Part shown: positions 51,552 through 61,245 of the stretch, one piece after another | Numbering within the stretch: position 1 is the first letter of the stretch | How the letters are laid out: each line of letters opens with the position of its first letter | NCBI GenBank assembly: GCA_964436825.1 | Contig: CAYTEO010000010.1 | Coordinates: 36-64,035 of the forward strand | Source: an uncultured Fibrobacteraceae bacterium | Lineage (GTDB): Bacteria > Krumholzibacteriota > Krumholzibacteriia > LZORAL124-64-63 | Reading direction: 5' to 3' | DNA: 64,000 nt | Program-made: the position numbers and the translations under genes | Notes under the pieces: model-generated | What the model was told of the DNA's origin: nothing | Database searches by the model: none | Seen by the model: only the letters and a program-made list of their open reading frames with translations

Positions 51552-52469
51552 TCAGGGCGTGTACCCCAGTCGTTTCATGTCCCGGGCGAACCAGAGACGG
51601 AACCAGCGGTCGACCCAGCCGGGGATCTGGCTCCGCCAGCGCTCCCTGGCCGTCCTGTCGAATCCCCGCTGGCCCTGGTGCTGTCCGTAGCTGATGACCT
51701 TCTGTTCCAGCATGACGGGCTGAAACTCGATCGCCAGCTCGCGGCAGAGTTCAGCGATCCGACGCTCGGGTTCCTCGACAAGTTCCTCGAAGACCACCAG
51801 ATGGTAGTCGTCAGCATACAACTTCTTGTAACGGTTGTAGAGTCGAATGCCGTTCTTCCAGGAGATGGTCACCTGGGCGAGCAGGAACAGCTTCAACAGG
51901 GGTTCCACCCGCGAGAGCAGGCGGTAGGTGATCGTGACGGGGTACTTCTTCCGCCTGCGGATCTCGGAGGCGAAGACGGCGCGCGGGTCGCGCATCATGT
52001 GGATGAAGGCTGCCTCCGGGTACCACCGCTTGAGGACCGGCACGTAGTAGAGGTGGGCCGGGGTCTTCTCCCCCCCGATCTCGGCCTGTTGGCTCTCTGC
52101 GAAGAGCTCCATCAGGGCGTCGAACAGACCCTCTTCCGAGCGGTCCGAGGCGAGGAAGCGCTGGAGCATGGTCTGCGGGGGGATGTTCTCCCTGAACCAC
52201 TCCCACTGCCAACTGATATGCTTGAAGCGCGAGTAGCGGCGAAACTCGTCGGAGTAGATGTAGTCGACGAGGCGGCGGACGTTGTCGTCCACCGTCAGGT
52301 CGCCGAAGCGGCGGAGACGGTAGCGCACGCCGATCCAGCGGACGAGATGGCCCACGTAGAAGGTCTCGTCCAGCAAGGCGATCTGGCTCGAGCGGTTGAG
52401 GATCCTCCGCATCAGGGAGGTGCCGCTGCGGCTGACGCCGACGATGAACAGGTGTCTCTTCAGTGGCAT
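51552..52469 (-). CDS. PAPS-dependent sulfotransferase (Sulfotransfer_3-like; PSB loop FIVGVSRSGTSL)
   Basis: Internal ATG 52469 (MPLKRHLFIVGVSRSGTSLMRR). 3'-PB-like region IHMMRDPRAVFAS. It is the third sulfotransferase paralog in the window. Confidence 0.7.
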   Translation of the reverse strand: MPLKRHLFIVGVSRSGTSLMRRILNRSSQIALLDETFYVGHLVRWIGVRYRLRRFGDLTVDDNVRRLVDYIYSDEFRRYSRFKHISWQWEWFRENIPPQTMLQRFLASDRSEEGLFDALMELFAESQQAEIGGEKTPAHLYYVPVLKRWYPEAAFIHMMRDPRAVFASEIRRRKKYPVTITYRLLSRVEPLLKLFLLAQVTISWKNGIRLYNRYKKLYADDYHLVVFEELVEEPERRIAELCRELAIEFQPVMLEQKVISYGQHQGQRGFDRTARERWRSQIPGWVDRWFRLWFARDMKRLGYTP

Positions 52470-52664
52470 GACGGTCCTCGGGTCGAGTTGGAACGTGTTG
52501 AACTCGCTGGCGCTCCATGTGTCCCCGAACGCGTGCAACGGGCGGGGAAGGCGCCGGTCCGATCGTGTCACCGCGCGGGCGGTCGCCCGGCCGGGGTGTC
52601 CGGTTCTCTCATCATCGTCGCCGCGGCCGGCAAGTGAAGCGTCGTCGTGTCGGGGCCGTCACGA

Positions 52665-54710
52665 TCACTTCCGGTCCAGCACCCACACCCCCGGCTCGCC
52701 GCGCCCGATCCCGCCCTCGGCCAGGTTGGCCGCACAGGCCGCCGCCGCCGGGTCCCGGGCGGCCAGGGAGTCCAGCAGCACCGCCGCCCGGTCGACGTCC
52801 CCCGCCCGCCACGCCGCCAGCGCCTCGGCGAACACGGTCCAGGTCTCCGGTTCCGGGTCGCCCGCCAGGCCGGCCAGCTCGAACACCTCCACCGGTTCCC
52901 GGCGGCCGATCACCCGCACCGCGCCGAGAGAGCGGCAGAGGATGGCGTCGGCGGCCAGCCGGCGTGTCGTTCCGCTGATCATCGTTCCGGTGCGGAACGC
53001 CTTGTTGGCCCCCTCCAGGCGCGAGGCCAGGTTGGCGGCGTCGCCCAGCACGGTGTAGTCGAACCGCTGGCGCGAGCCCATGTTGCCCACCACCACCTCG
53101 CCCGTGTGGATCCCGATGCGCATGGCCAGTTCCCGGCCGCAGCGCTCCCGGAACTCCGGGTTGTGCTCCCGCAGCCAGCGCTGGCAGCGGACGGCGGCGC
53201 GGCAGGCGCGGGCGGCGTGGTCGGGCTGGTCCAGCGGCGCGTTCCAGAAGGCCAGGATGGCGTCGCCCTCGTACTTGTCCAGGGTCCCGCCCTCCTCCAG
53301 GATGATGTCGGTCATCCCGGTCAGGTAGTCGTTGAGCAGGGCGGTCAGCGCCTCCGGGTCCAGCCCCTCGGACAGGGAGGTGAAGCCGGCCAGGTCGCTG
53401 AACATGATCGTCAGCTCGCGGCGCTCGCCGCCCAGGCGCAACGCGTCGGGGTCGGCCACGATCCGCTCGATGACCGCCGGGCTGAGGTAGTGGCGGAAGG
53501 CCTGCTTGATGAACCGGCGCTGGCGGCCCTCGGTGGCGTAGTTCCAGGCCAGGGCGCCGACCAGGGCCATGGCCACGCCCGCCTCGTGCGGCAGGATCGG
53601 CCACCACCAGCCCGGGCCGTAGGCCGCCACTCCCAGGGCGAACGGCAACGCCAGCATGACGACGGAGACGGCGATCTGACGCGACTGCCGTCCGCCGCCG
53701 GTCAGCAGCAGTCCGGTCAGCAGGGCCAGCAGGAAGACCCCGGCGACGACGGCGGTCGCCGGGGCAGGACGCAGGAAGTCGTCGGTCAGCAGGTCGTCCA
53801 GGACGGTGGCGTGGATGACGACCCCCGGGCTGACCCGGCTCAGGGGCGTGGGCCGCAGGTCCAGCAGGCCGGGGGCGCTGAAGCCGAAAAGGACGTAGCG
53901 GTCGCGCAGCTCGGCCGGGTCGATGGACGGTTGCTCGCCCGCCTCCAGCCGCAGCTCCGACTGGATGACCGCAGCGGCGCTGTAGGTCCTGTAGACGGAA
54001 GCGGGCCCGCGGTAGCGCAGCAGGGCCGTCCCGTCCGGCGCCGCCGGGACCGTGTGGGGGCCGATCCGGACGTGGCCGGGTTCCACCGCCAGCGTGTCAC
54101 GGCCGAGCGTGTCCCGTGCCACCAGCCAGGTCGCCACGCCCAGCGAGGGGACCAGTTCCCCGTGCCAGCGGCGCAGCAGGCCGGCGCGGCGGAAGATGCC
54201 GTCGGGATCGGGGACGTCGCTGACGTTGGCCAGCAGGCGGGCGGCGGTGGCCACCTCGGGGATCGGCTCGGTGACGCCGTCGGCGTCGGGGGAGCCGGGA
54301 CGGACCTTCAGGAAGCGGGCGCCGGCGAACCGGCCCACGCGACGGATCGCCTCGCCCAGGGCCATGTCGTCCTCGACGCCGTAGACCGACGGCTCGGTGA
54401 AGAGGACGTCGAAGGCCACGCTCCGCGCCCCGGCGCGGCGGCAGAAGTCCAGGATCGGCGCGTAGACCTCGCGGGGCCACGGCCAGGACCAGCCGTTGAC
54501 CTCGCTGCCCCAGTCCAGGCTGGCCTGGTCCAGCAGGATCAGGCGGATCTGGTCGGTGTGGGGGCCGGGCCGGGCCAGCAGCCGCACGCGCCAGGTCCAG
54601 GTGGCGTCCTCCCAGCCGCGCAGGGTCCCGGAGAACCAGAGCAGCAGGGCCAGGGCGGCCGCCCCGGCCCCGATCAGCAGTCCGCCGCGACGCCGCTCGC
54701 CAGCGGTCAT
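52665..54710 (-). CDS. CHASE2-sensor class III adenylate/guanylate cyclase
   Basis: ATG 54710 (MTAGERRRGGLLIGAGAAALALLLWF). N-terminal CHASE2-like periplasmic region, then TM helices. C-terminal cyclase homology domain (LTIMFSDLAGFTSLSE...LDKYEGDAILAFW...GIHTGEVVVGNMG). The upstream part of the 987-aa track ORF overlaps the M48 gene in another frame and was rejected. Confidence 0.8.
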   Translation of the reverse strand: MTAGERRRGGLLIGAGAAALALLLWFSGTLRGWEDATWTWRVRLLARPGPHTDQIRLILLDQASLDWGSEVNGWSWPWPREVYAPILDFCRRAGARSVAFDVLFTEPSVYGVEDDMALGEAIRRVGRFAGARFLKVRPGSPDADGVTEPIPEVATAARLLANVSDVPDPDGIFRRAGLLRRWHGELVPSLGVATWLVARDTLGRDTLAVEPGHVRIGPHTVPAAPDGTALLRYRGPASVYRTYSAAAVIQSELRLEAGEQPSIDPAELRDRYVLFGFSAPGLLDLRPTPLSRVSPGVVIHATVLDDLLTDDFLRPAPATAVVAGVFLLALLTGLLLTGGGRQSRQIAVSVVMLALPFALGVAAYGPGWWWPILPHEAGVAMALVGALAWNYATEGRQRRFIKQAFRHYLSPAVIERIVADPDALRLGGERRELTIMFSDLAGFTSLSEGLDPEALTALLNDYLTGMTDIILEEGGTLDKYEGDAILAFWNAPLDQPDHAARACRAAVRCQRWLREHNPEFRERCGRELAMRIGIHTGEVVVGNMGSRQRFDYTVLGDAANLASRLEGANKAFRTGTMISGTTRRLAADAILCRSLGAVRVIGRREPVEVFELAGLAGDPEPETWTVFAEALAAWRAGDVDRAAVLLDSLAARDPAAAACAANLAEGGIGRGEPGVWVLDRK

Positions 54711-54712
54711 GG

Positions 54713-55618
54713 CTACAGGTCGCCCACCGCGGCGGCGAACCGGGCGTGACGCGCCGACGGTTCGGTCACCTCGCCGCCTGCCGGTACGACGTCCCGCAGG
54801 TGGTCGATGCGGTCCCGCGGCGACGGGTGGGTCCGGGCGAAGCCGGGACCGTGGGGGTCCCACTTGCCGGCCATGACCTCGAGCATGTCGACCAGGGCGC
54901 GCGGGTCGTAGCCCACCTCGCGGAGGGTCGTCACCGCGGCGGCGTCGGCCTGGTACTCCAGCTTGCGGGCGTAGCCGCTGTTGACCAGCGCCTGGACCAC
55001 GTCGTCGATGCTGCCGGCGAACTGCTCGGTCAGCTTCTTCAGGTCCTCGCTGCCCAGGTTGCGGGCCGCCTCGACCGAGAGGGTCGTCAGCGCCGCGGTC
55101 AGCCGGCTCTTCTTGATGGCCCGCAGACCGTCCTTGTGGGCCACGTGTCCGATCTCGTGGGCCAGGACGGCCGCCAGGGCGTCCTCGCTGCGGCAGCACT
55201 TCACCAGGCCGCGCGAGACCAGGATCAGCCCGCCCGGCGCGGCGAAGGCGTTGATCTCGTCGCTGTCCAGCAGCAGGAAGTGGTAGCCGCCGAAGGTCTC
55301 GGGCCTCTCCGACGCCATGGCCAGGGTCTGGCCCAGCTCGTTGAGGTAGCGGTTGGCCGCGGGGTCGTCCAGCGGCTTGTAGGTCTCCAGGATCGTCGCC
55401 GCCACGGCCCGGCCGATGTAGTACTCCTGCTCGGGGGTGATGTCCTCGAACGTCTTCTCGATGGCCTCTCCGGCCCGGTTGATGGACTCGGCCTGCTCCT
55501 CGCTGATCAGGCCGCTGCCGGTGCCGACCTGGGTCCCGATCTGCCTGACCGTGCCGCAGCCGGCGGCGACCAGGGCGACCGCGGCGAGCAGCGCCGCGAT
55601 GACTGTCGGCCGCTTCAT
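54713..55618 (-). CDS. M48-family zinc metallopeptidase lipoprotein (BepA/YfgC-like)
   Basis: ATG 55618 overlaps the upstream stop (TGATG). Lipobox LVAAGCG. Zinc motif LAHEIGHVAHKDG (HExxH) and a downstream E. Confidence 0.8.
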   Translation of the reverse strand: MKRPTVIAALLAAVALVAAGCGTVRQIGTQVGTGSGLISEEQAESINRAGEAIEKTFEDITPEQEYYIGRAVAATILETYKPLDDPAANRYLNELGQTLAMASERPETFGGYHFLLLDSDEINAFAAPGGLILVSRGLVKCCRSEDALAAVLAHEIGHVAHKDGLRAIKKSRLTAALTTLSVEAARNLGSEDLKKLTEQFAGSIDDVVQALVNSGYARKLEYQADAAAVTTLREVGYDPRALVDMLEVMAGKWDPHGPGFARTHPSPRDRIDHLRDVVPAGGEVTEPSARHARFAAAVGDL

Positions 55619-56097
55619 CACTGCTCACCCCCCTTGACGTCCCCTTCGCGGAGGAAGGCCACGGCCTGCTCCGGGGTGACGACGAACCGCTCCATCCGGT
55701 CCACCCAGGCGAAGTCCACGTCCGGGTTCTCGGCCTTGAACTCGGCCTCGACGTCGGCGTTGAAGCCCTTGCCCGCCAGGGCCAGCTCCTCGCCGCTGGC
55801 GCCGGTCTCCACGTCGCGATCGCCGGCGGCGATCTTGATCCTCTTCTCGGTCAGGGCGGTGCCGTGGATCCAGCCGGTGTGGCCGGCCTCGTCGCGGACC
55901 TGCAGCCAGGCACCCTTCTCCTGCAGGACGGTCACCCGGTCGCCGTAGGCGACCTCCGCCGTGACCCGCCCCAGGAACGAGGGCCGTTCGCGCAGTTTCC
56001 CCTGGCGGACCTGGACACTGAGGATCCGCGTGGCGGCCCAGGCCGTCATGGCCATGGCCAGCAGCAGCAGGGTCGTCGCTCTGGTGCGTCGCTGCAT
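55618..56097 (-). CDS. Secreted bacterial SH3-domain (SH3b) protein
   Basis: Internal ATG 56097 with AAGGGAG SD. Signal MQRRTRATTLLLLAMAMTAWAA. SH3b-like segment VRQGKLRERPSFLGRVTAEVAYGDRVTVLQEKGAWLQVRDEAGHTGWIH. Confidence 0.6.
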   Translation of the reverse strand: MQRRTRATTLLLLAMAMTAWAATRILSVQVRQGKLRERPSFLGRVTAEVAYGDRVTVLQEKGAWLQVRDEAGHTGWIHGTALTEKRIKIAAGDRDVETGASGEELALAGKGFNADVEAEFKAENPDVDFAWVDRMERFVVTPEQAVAFLREGDVKGGEQ

Positions 56098-56304
56098 CGT
56101 CTCCGCTCCCTTTTGGTGTCTGCTGTCGTGTGACTGTCGTCGGTGGTCGTCGCCGGAACTGTAGCATCGCGGGCGGCGATTGTCTCCACCGGTCAAATGG
56201 TGCTATCGTCTCCGCTTGATCCATCATCCCAACCGCCAGTGCAGGCGTGATCTGCCGCACAGGCGCGTCGAAATGACCCGCACCGCTGACCGGGGGAGAA
56301 TCGT

Positions 56305-57321
56305 ATGAACGGCAAACGGCTCCTGAGTATCCTGATCGTCCTTTCCCTGCTGCTGGCCGCCGGCACGGTCCAGGCCCAGGAACCCGACGAGCACGGGGAT
56401 AGCAACCTGCCCGATCCCACCGTCGCCCCGCTGGTCGTGCCCGACGTGGGCGAGTTCCTGCCCCCGGCGACCGACCAGACCTCCGCCGACGAGGAGGGCG
56501 ACATGCTGCAGCCCGACGGTGCGGGCGCCACCAGCTACTTCGAGGTGACCAGCGACATGCAGGCCGGCGTCGTCGCTCCCTACTACCGCTTCAAGCGGCG
56601 GCTGGCGCTGAAGGTCCACGTCCCGATCATCTTCAGCAAGACCTACCACTACTTCGGCACCGACGTGGACGCCGGCGGCATCGGCGACATCACCGTCGAT
56701 GGGGAGTACGTCTGGCCGCTGCACGTCCGCAACGGGCAGCTGCGCACCCAGTTCAGCGTCAAGCTGCCGACCGGTGACGACGAGAAGACGACCGAAGAGG
56801 GAGGATTCGAGTACGCGACGCCGCTGGGAACCGGCACGACGGACATCATCGCCAGGACGACCTTCAGCAAGTCGTGGCGCGACTTCGGCCTGCTGCTCGG
56901 CGGCCTCTACCGGACCAACTCCGCCTACGACAGGACCTGGCAGTCCGGCACGATGACCACGACCACCAGCACGACCGCCGGCGACATCATCGTCGGCTCC
57001 GCCTTCGCCCGCTACCGGGTCGCGCCCCGCTGGTGGCTCCATCTGGGCGCCTCGGTGACCATCCTGGGCGACGGCGACGTCGAGTCGACGACCCACGACA
57101 CTGCCGACGGCAGCTCCACTACCAGCACCTGGGAGATCGACACCAGCGGCACGCTGCTGGACCTGTTCCCGGGGATCTCCTACGAGCTGGGCGCCATCAC
57201 CCCGTTCATCGGGGCCCGCATCCCGGTCTCCACCGACTACGACAACGATCTGGCGAGCACCGAACGTGACGCCTCGCTCATCGTCCAGATCAGCTACAGC
57301 CCGCAGCAGTTGATGCCGTAA
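56305..57321 (+). CDS. Putative outer-membrane beta-barrel protein (MetA-pathway/transporter-like OMP)
   Basis: Signal MNGKRLLSILIVLSLLLAAGTVQA. Alternating amphipathic beta-strand pattern through the C-terminus. No catalytic motifs. Confidence 0.55.
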   Translation: MNGKRLLSILIVLSLLLAAGTVQAQEPDEHGDSNLPDPTVAPLVVPDVGEFLPPATDQTSADEEGDMLQPDGAGATSYFEVTSDMQAGVVAPYYRFKRRLALKVHVPIIFSKTYHYFGTDVDAGGIGDITVDGEYVWPLHVRNGQLRTQFSVKLPTGDDEKTTEEGGFEYATPLGTGTTDIIARTTFSKSWRDFGLLLGGLYRTNSAYDRTWQSGTMTTTTSTTAGDIIVGSAFARYRVAPRWWLHLGASVTILGDGDVESTTHDTADGSSTTSTWEIDTSGTLLDLFPGISYELGAITPFIGARIPVSTDYDNDLASTERDASLIVQISYSPQQLMP

Positions 57322-57407
57322 CCGGATGCCCTGCTCCCGTACGGACCGCCCGGCTCCCACGAGCCGGGCGGTCCGTGCTATGATGGATACCTGCGAAGGG
57401 GGGGACC

Positions 57408-59540
57408 ATGAAGACCACGCGCCTGCTCCTGCTCGTCCTGCTCGCGGCGACGGCTGTCTTCGCCTCGCCCCGCCGTGCTGCTCCCGACCGCGCCGCGGCC
57501 CCGGCCGTCGTCCTGCCCGGCGACGTCATCGTCCTGTCGGCCCTGGACCGGGCCGACGGCAGCGGCAGCGACCGGCCCGTCACCCGCGCCCGCGCCCGCC
57601 AGATGCTCTTCGAGCTGCAGCGCTCGGGCCAGCTCCCGCCCGGCGCGCCGGGCTGGGAAGAGCTGGCCGCCCGTGCCCGACCGCTGGTCCGCCGCGGCGC
57701 GGTGCCGGTCCTGCTGCTGGATGCCGCTTGCCGCTGGCGCGTCGAGGGGGAGCGGGCGTGGCGTGACGGCCACGTCTTCGCCGCCGCCCCCCTGCGTGAA
57801 AGGCTCTACCACGGCCTGCGCACCGAGTTCGTCTTCGACCTCGCCTGGCGGGTCGGCGACCGCGAGCCGGCGGGGCGGCTGGCCATCGATCCCGGCGACG
57901 GTCGCGGCTGGCGGCCCGTGCCGGCCGACGGGCGGCTCGTCGTCTCCTACCCGACCCGCGGCCGCCGGCTGGTGCGCGTCCGCCTGGAGATCCCGGACGG
58001 GAGGACCCTGGAGTCGTCCTTCCCCGTCGAGGTCGTCCGCCTGGAGACACCGGCGCCCCACGACACCCTCCACGTCATCGCCTCGGTGCCCTACCAGGGC
58101 GAGTACGGCACCGGCGACGCCTACGTCTACCTCTCGGACCGCCACGCGAGCCTGGCCAATCCCGTGGTCGTGCCCGAGGGGTTCGACCTGGACAACAGCA
58201 TGGACTGGGACGAGCTGTACGACCTGCTGGACCAGCAGGACCTGGTGGAGACCCTCCGCGCCCGCGGCTACGACGCGGTGGTGCTGAACTTCTCCGACGC
58301 CACCGATTACATACAGCGCAACGCCATGGTGCTGTCCGAGTTGCTGGACGAGGTCCGCGCCCTGCTGCCGTCCGACCGCACCGTGGCGGTGATCGGGCCC
58401 AGCATGGGTGGCCTGGTCTCCCGCTACGCCCTCTGCTGGCTTGAGGACCAGGGAGTGGACCACGGCGTGCGCACCTGGATCTCCTTCGACTCGCCCCAGC
58501 GCGGCGCCAACGTCCCGCTGGGGATCCAGCACTGGCTGGAGTTCTTCCGCGACGAGTCGGCCGACGCCGCGGCCCTGCTGGCGGCCCTGGACAGCCCGGC
58601 CGCCCGCCAGATGCTCTTGTACCACCACGGCAGTACCAGCGGCCTGACGGCCGCCCCGGATCCCCTGCTGGCCGAGCTGCGGAACGACCTGGCCGCGCTG
58701 GGCGACTGGCCGCAGCAGCCGCGCCGCGTGGCCATCGTCAACGGCAGCGGCACGGGCGCCGACCAGGGTTTCGTCCCCGGCGACCAGCTCGTCGACTACA
58801 CCTACCGCAGCCTGGTGGTGGACATCGACGGCAACGTCTGGGCCCTGCCCGACGGCAACACGCTGCGGATCTTCCAGGGGATGATCGACCGCATCTGGCC
58901 GCTGCCGGACGACTACCGGGACGTGACGGTCGCCGGCACGTTGCCGTGGGACGGCGCCCCGGGCGGCTGGCGGGCGTCCATGGCCCAGATGGATACCACG
59001 AGCGTTCCCTACGGGGACGTGGTGGCCCTGCACCCGAACCACTGCTTCATCCCCACGGTCAGCGCCCTGGCCCTGGACACGGACGATCCCTGGTACGACG
59101 TGGCCGGCGACCCGGACCTGGTGGCCCACACGCCGTTCGACGTGGTCTATTTCCCCACCGGCGAGAACCAGGAACACGTCTCCATCACCGCCGAGAGCGC
59201 GGCGTGGTTCCTGGACGAGATCGAGGAGGGTGTGACGGGTGCCGGACAGCCCGTGCCGGCGGTGGCGGTGCACCTGCAGGTCTCTCCCAATCCGTTCAAT
59301 CCCCGGACGGAGATCGTCTGGACCTTGCCCTCCGCCGCGTCCTGCCGGCTGGCGGTGTTCGACCTGGCGGGCCGTCGGGTACGGACGTTGCTCGCCGGGA
59401 CCGACCTCGGTCCGGGGCGCCACGCCATGTCCTGGCACGGCGACGATGACGGCGGAAGGGCGCTGCCGGCTGGGATCTACCTGCTGCGCCTGCAGGTGGG
59501 GCCGGACCGGGAAACCGCTGCCGTGACCCTGGTGCGCTAG
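57408..59540 (+). CDS. Secreted alpha/beta-hydrolase (lipase/esterase-like, nucleophile GPSMGG) with a C-terminal T9SS-type sorting domain
   Basis: Signal MKTTRLLLLVLLAATAVFA. Nucleophile elbow VAVIGPSMGGLVSRYAL (GxSxG). C-terminal tail NPFNPRTEIVWTLP...FDLAGRRVRTLL...GIYLLRLQ. Confidence 0.75.
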   Translation: MKTTRLLLLVLLAATAVFASPRRAAPDRAAAPAVVLPGDVIVLSALDRADGSGSDRPVTRARARQMLFELQRSGQLPPGAPGWEELAARARPLVRRGAVPVLLLDAACRWRVEGERAWRDGHVFAAAPLRERLYHGLRTEFVFDLAWRVGDREPAGRLAIDPGDGRGWRPVPADGRLVVSYPTRGRRLVRVRLEIPDGRTLESSFPVEVVRLETPAPHDTLHVIASVPYQGEYGTGDAYVYLSDRHASLANPVVVPEGFDLDNSMDWDELYDLLDQQDLVETLRARGYDAVVLNFSDATDYIQRNAMVLSELLDEVRALLPSDRTVAVIGPSMGGLVSRYALCWLEDQGVDHGVRTWISFDSPQRGANVPLGIQHWLEFFRDESADAAALLAALDSPAARQMLLYHHGSTSGLTAAPDPLLAELRNDLAALGDWPQQPRRVAIVNGSGTGADQGFVPGDQLVDYTYRSLVVDIDGNVWALPDGNTLRIFQGMIDRIWPLPDDYRDVTVAGTLPWDGAPGGWRASMAQMDTTSVPYGDVVALHPNHCFIPTVSALALDTDDPWYDVAGDPDLVAHTPFDVVYFPTGENQEHVSITAESAAWFLDEIEEGVTGAGQPVPAVAVHLQVSPNPFNPRTEIVWTLPSAASCRLAVFDLAGRRVRTLLAGTDLGPGRHAMSWHGDDDGGRALPAGIYLLRLQVGPDRETAAVTLVR

Positions 59541-59661
59541 CAGGGGTGCGGCTCGAAGGGCCGCGTCCGGTGACCGTCCAGGAAACGAGCCCCCCTCCCC
59601 GGCAGGCCGGGATCGCCAGCATCGCCACGGCGGCGCCGCCGCTGCGGGTCTTCGGCTCCTC

Positions 59662-60030
59662 TCACTCCAGCCGTCCCGCCACCAGCACCACCCCCGCCAC
59701 GATCAGCACCACGCCGGCCACCAGCGGCAGGTCGATCGTCTCGCGCAGCAGCAGGCTCGAGGCCGTCAGGACGATCAGCAGCCCCCCGGCCACCATGATG
59801 GGGTACGCCACCGACAGCGGCACACGGGTCAGGACGTACGCGTAGCTGACGACGTTCAAGGCGAACAGGACGATCCCGGCCAGCACCAGCGGGCTGGTCA
59901 GCACGGCGCGCAGCAGTCCGGCCGGATCGGCTGGGGAGAGGTCCCGCGCCCGCATCCCTGCCTTGATCATGATGTTGGCCGCGGCGTTGGCCACCAGGGC
60001 GAAGACCAGGGCGACGACGTGGGTTCTCAT
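59662..60030 (-). CDS. Small 4-TM DMT/SMR-superfamily protein (EmrE/ArnE-like)
   Basis: About 122 aa with 4 hydrophobic helices (NIMIKAG...). It is often paired with polyprenyl-phosphate glycosyl/phosphoribosyl transferases as a flippase-like component. Confidence 0.6.
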   Translation of the reverse strand: MRTHVVALVFALVANAAANIMIKAGMRARDLSPADPAGLLRAVLTSPLVLAGIVLFALNVVSYAYVLTRVPLSVAYPIMVAGGLLIVLTASSLLLRETIDLPLVAGVVLIVAGVVLVAGRLE

Positions 60031-60061
60031 CCTGCCTCCTCGCGCGTGGCGGCCAGGCGTC

Positions 60062-60931
60062 TCAGTGCCGATAGATGATGGCGCAGCAGGCCGCCAGCCA
60101 CAGGGCGATGTCGATTATCAGCGGAGTGTCGGTCAGCAGCACCCGCGTGGGATTGCCGCCGGAGTTGCGCCGGTGGATCAGGTACAGGTACCGGAACAGC
60201 CCGTACAAGACCAACGGCACCGTCCAGATCAGTTCCGTGGTGCCGAAGCTGGACACGGCCTTCTCGCTGACAGTGTACAGGGCGTAGCTCATCACCGTGC
60301 ACGCCGCCGAGATCAGGATCAGCTGGTCCAGCAGCTCCTGGCTGTACTCGCCCAGCACCAGCCGGTGGTCGGCGTGGTTCCCGTCCAGCAGGACGATCTC
60401 GTGGCGCCGCTTGGCGAAGCCCAGGAAACAGGCCAGCAGGATGGTGCACATGACCAGCCACGGCGAGACCTCCACGCCGATGGCCACCGCCCCGGCCACC
60501 ACCCTGATCACGAACCCGAAGGCGATGCTCCCGACGTCCACGATCACCACGTGCTTCAGCTTCAGGGAGTAGAGCACGTTGTTGGCCACATAGACGGCGG
60601 CGGCTGTCAGCACGCGCGGCCCGTCCAGCCAGGCCAGGACCAGGCCCGCCGCCAGCAGTCCACCCGCGAACCAGCCGGCGGCCCGGACCGGCAGGGCGCC
60701 GCTGGCCACCGGCCGCAGCCGCTTGATCGGGTGCTGGCGGTCCTGCTCCCGGTCCACGATGTCGTTCAGGACGTAGACGCCGCTGCCCACCAGGCAGAAG
60801 ACGACGAAGGCCCCCAGCGCCTCCAGCACCATGTCGGCGTGGCGGACGTTGAGGCTGAAGATCAGCGGGGCGAAGACGATCAGGTTCTTCACCCACTGCT
60901 GTGGTCTGATGGTGGTCAGCCAGGTTCCCAT
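60062..60931 (-). CDS. UbiA-superfamily polyprenyl-phosphate phosphoribosyltransferase-like enzyme (decaprenyl-phosphate 5-phosphoribosyltransferase-like)
   Basis: Internal ATG 60931 (MGTWLTTIRPQQWVKN) with GGAGG 5 nt upstream. Asp-rich motif NDIVDREQD. 8-9 TM helices. The upstream track extension is R/P-rich and was rejected. Confidence 0.65.
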   Translation of the reverse strand: MGTWLTTIRPQQWVKNLIVFAPLIFSLNVRHADMVLEALGAFVVFCLVGSGVYVLNDIVDREQDRQHPIKRLRPVASGALPVRAAGWFAGGLLAAGLVLAWLDGPRVLTAAAVYVANNVLYSLKLKHVVIVDVGSIAFGFVIRVVAGAVAIGVEVSPWLVMCTILLACFLGFAKRRHEIVLLDGNHADHRLVLGEYSQELLDQLILISAACTVMSYALYTVSEKAVSSFGTTELIWTVPLVLYGLFRYLYLIHRRNSGGNPTRVLLTDTPLIIDIALWLAACCAIIYRH

Positions 60932-61076
60932 GCTCCTCCCCATGGTGTTCGGCGGCGGGCGTCCCCCCGTGCGACGCCCGTCCAACACTAGCAAACGGGG
61001 GGCTGTTGCACCACCGCGGGAAGGGCGCCGCTCACCGGCCGGAGAGCGCGGCGGCCGAAGGCGCAGGCGGGGGACC

Positions 61077-61105
61077 TTGATCGGGAACTCCGGACGCCCT
61101 ATGCT
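61077..61105 (+). promoter_or_regulatory. Putative promoter (-35 TTGATC, 17-nt spacer, -10 TATGCT) followed by a leader of about 135 nt before the GT4 gene
   Basis: Hexamers at 61077-61082 and 61100-61105. It is the only plausible sigma70 site in the 314-nt intergenic region. Confidence 0.3.
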
Positions 61106-61245
61106 GTTGAGCGGCAGGAAGCGGGTCGCCGACCGGGCCCCGCACCGTGCCCGATGCCCCGGCCGCCCGCATCGCAGACAGGCATCACCGACAGCGCACC
61201 GATGGTTTTCTGGCTTCTGGCCCCTGGTCCGGGAGGTGGACGACC

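Noticed and set aside
54711-55628. N-terminal 306 aa of the 987-aa track ORF 52665-55628
   Set aside because: It overlaps the well-supported M48 peptidase gene in another frame and is Arg/Gly/Pro-rich. The cyclase begins at ATG 54710 with a hydrophobic N-terminus.
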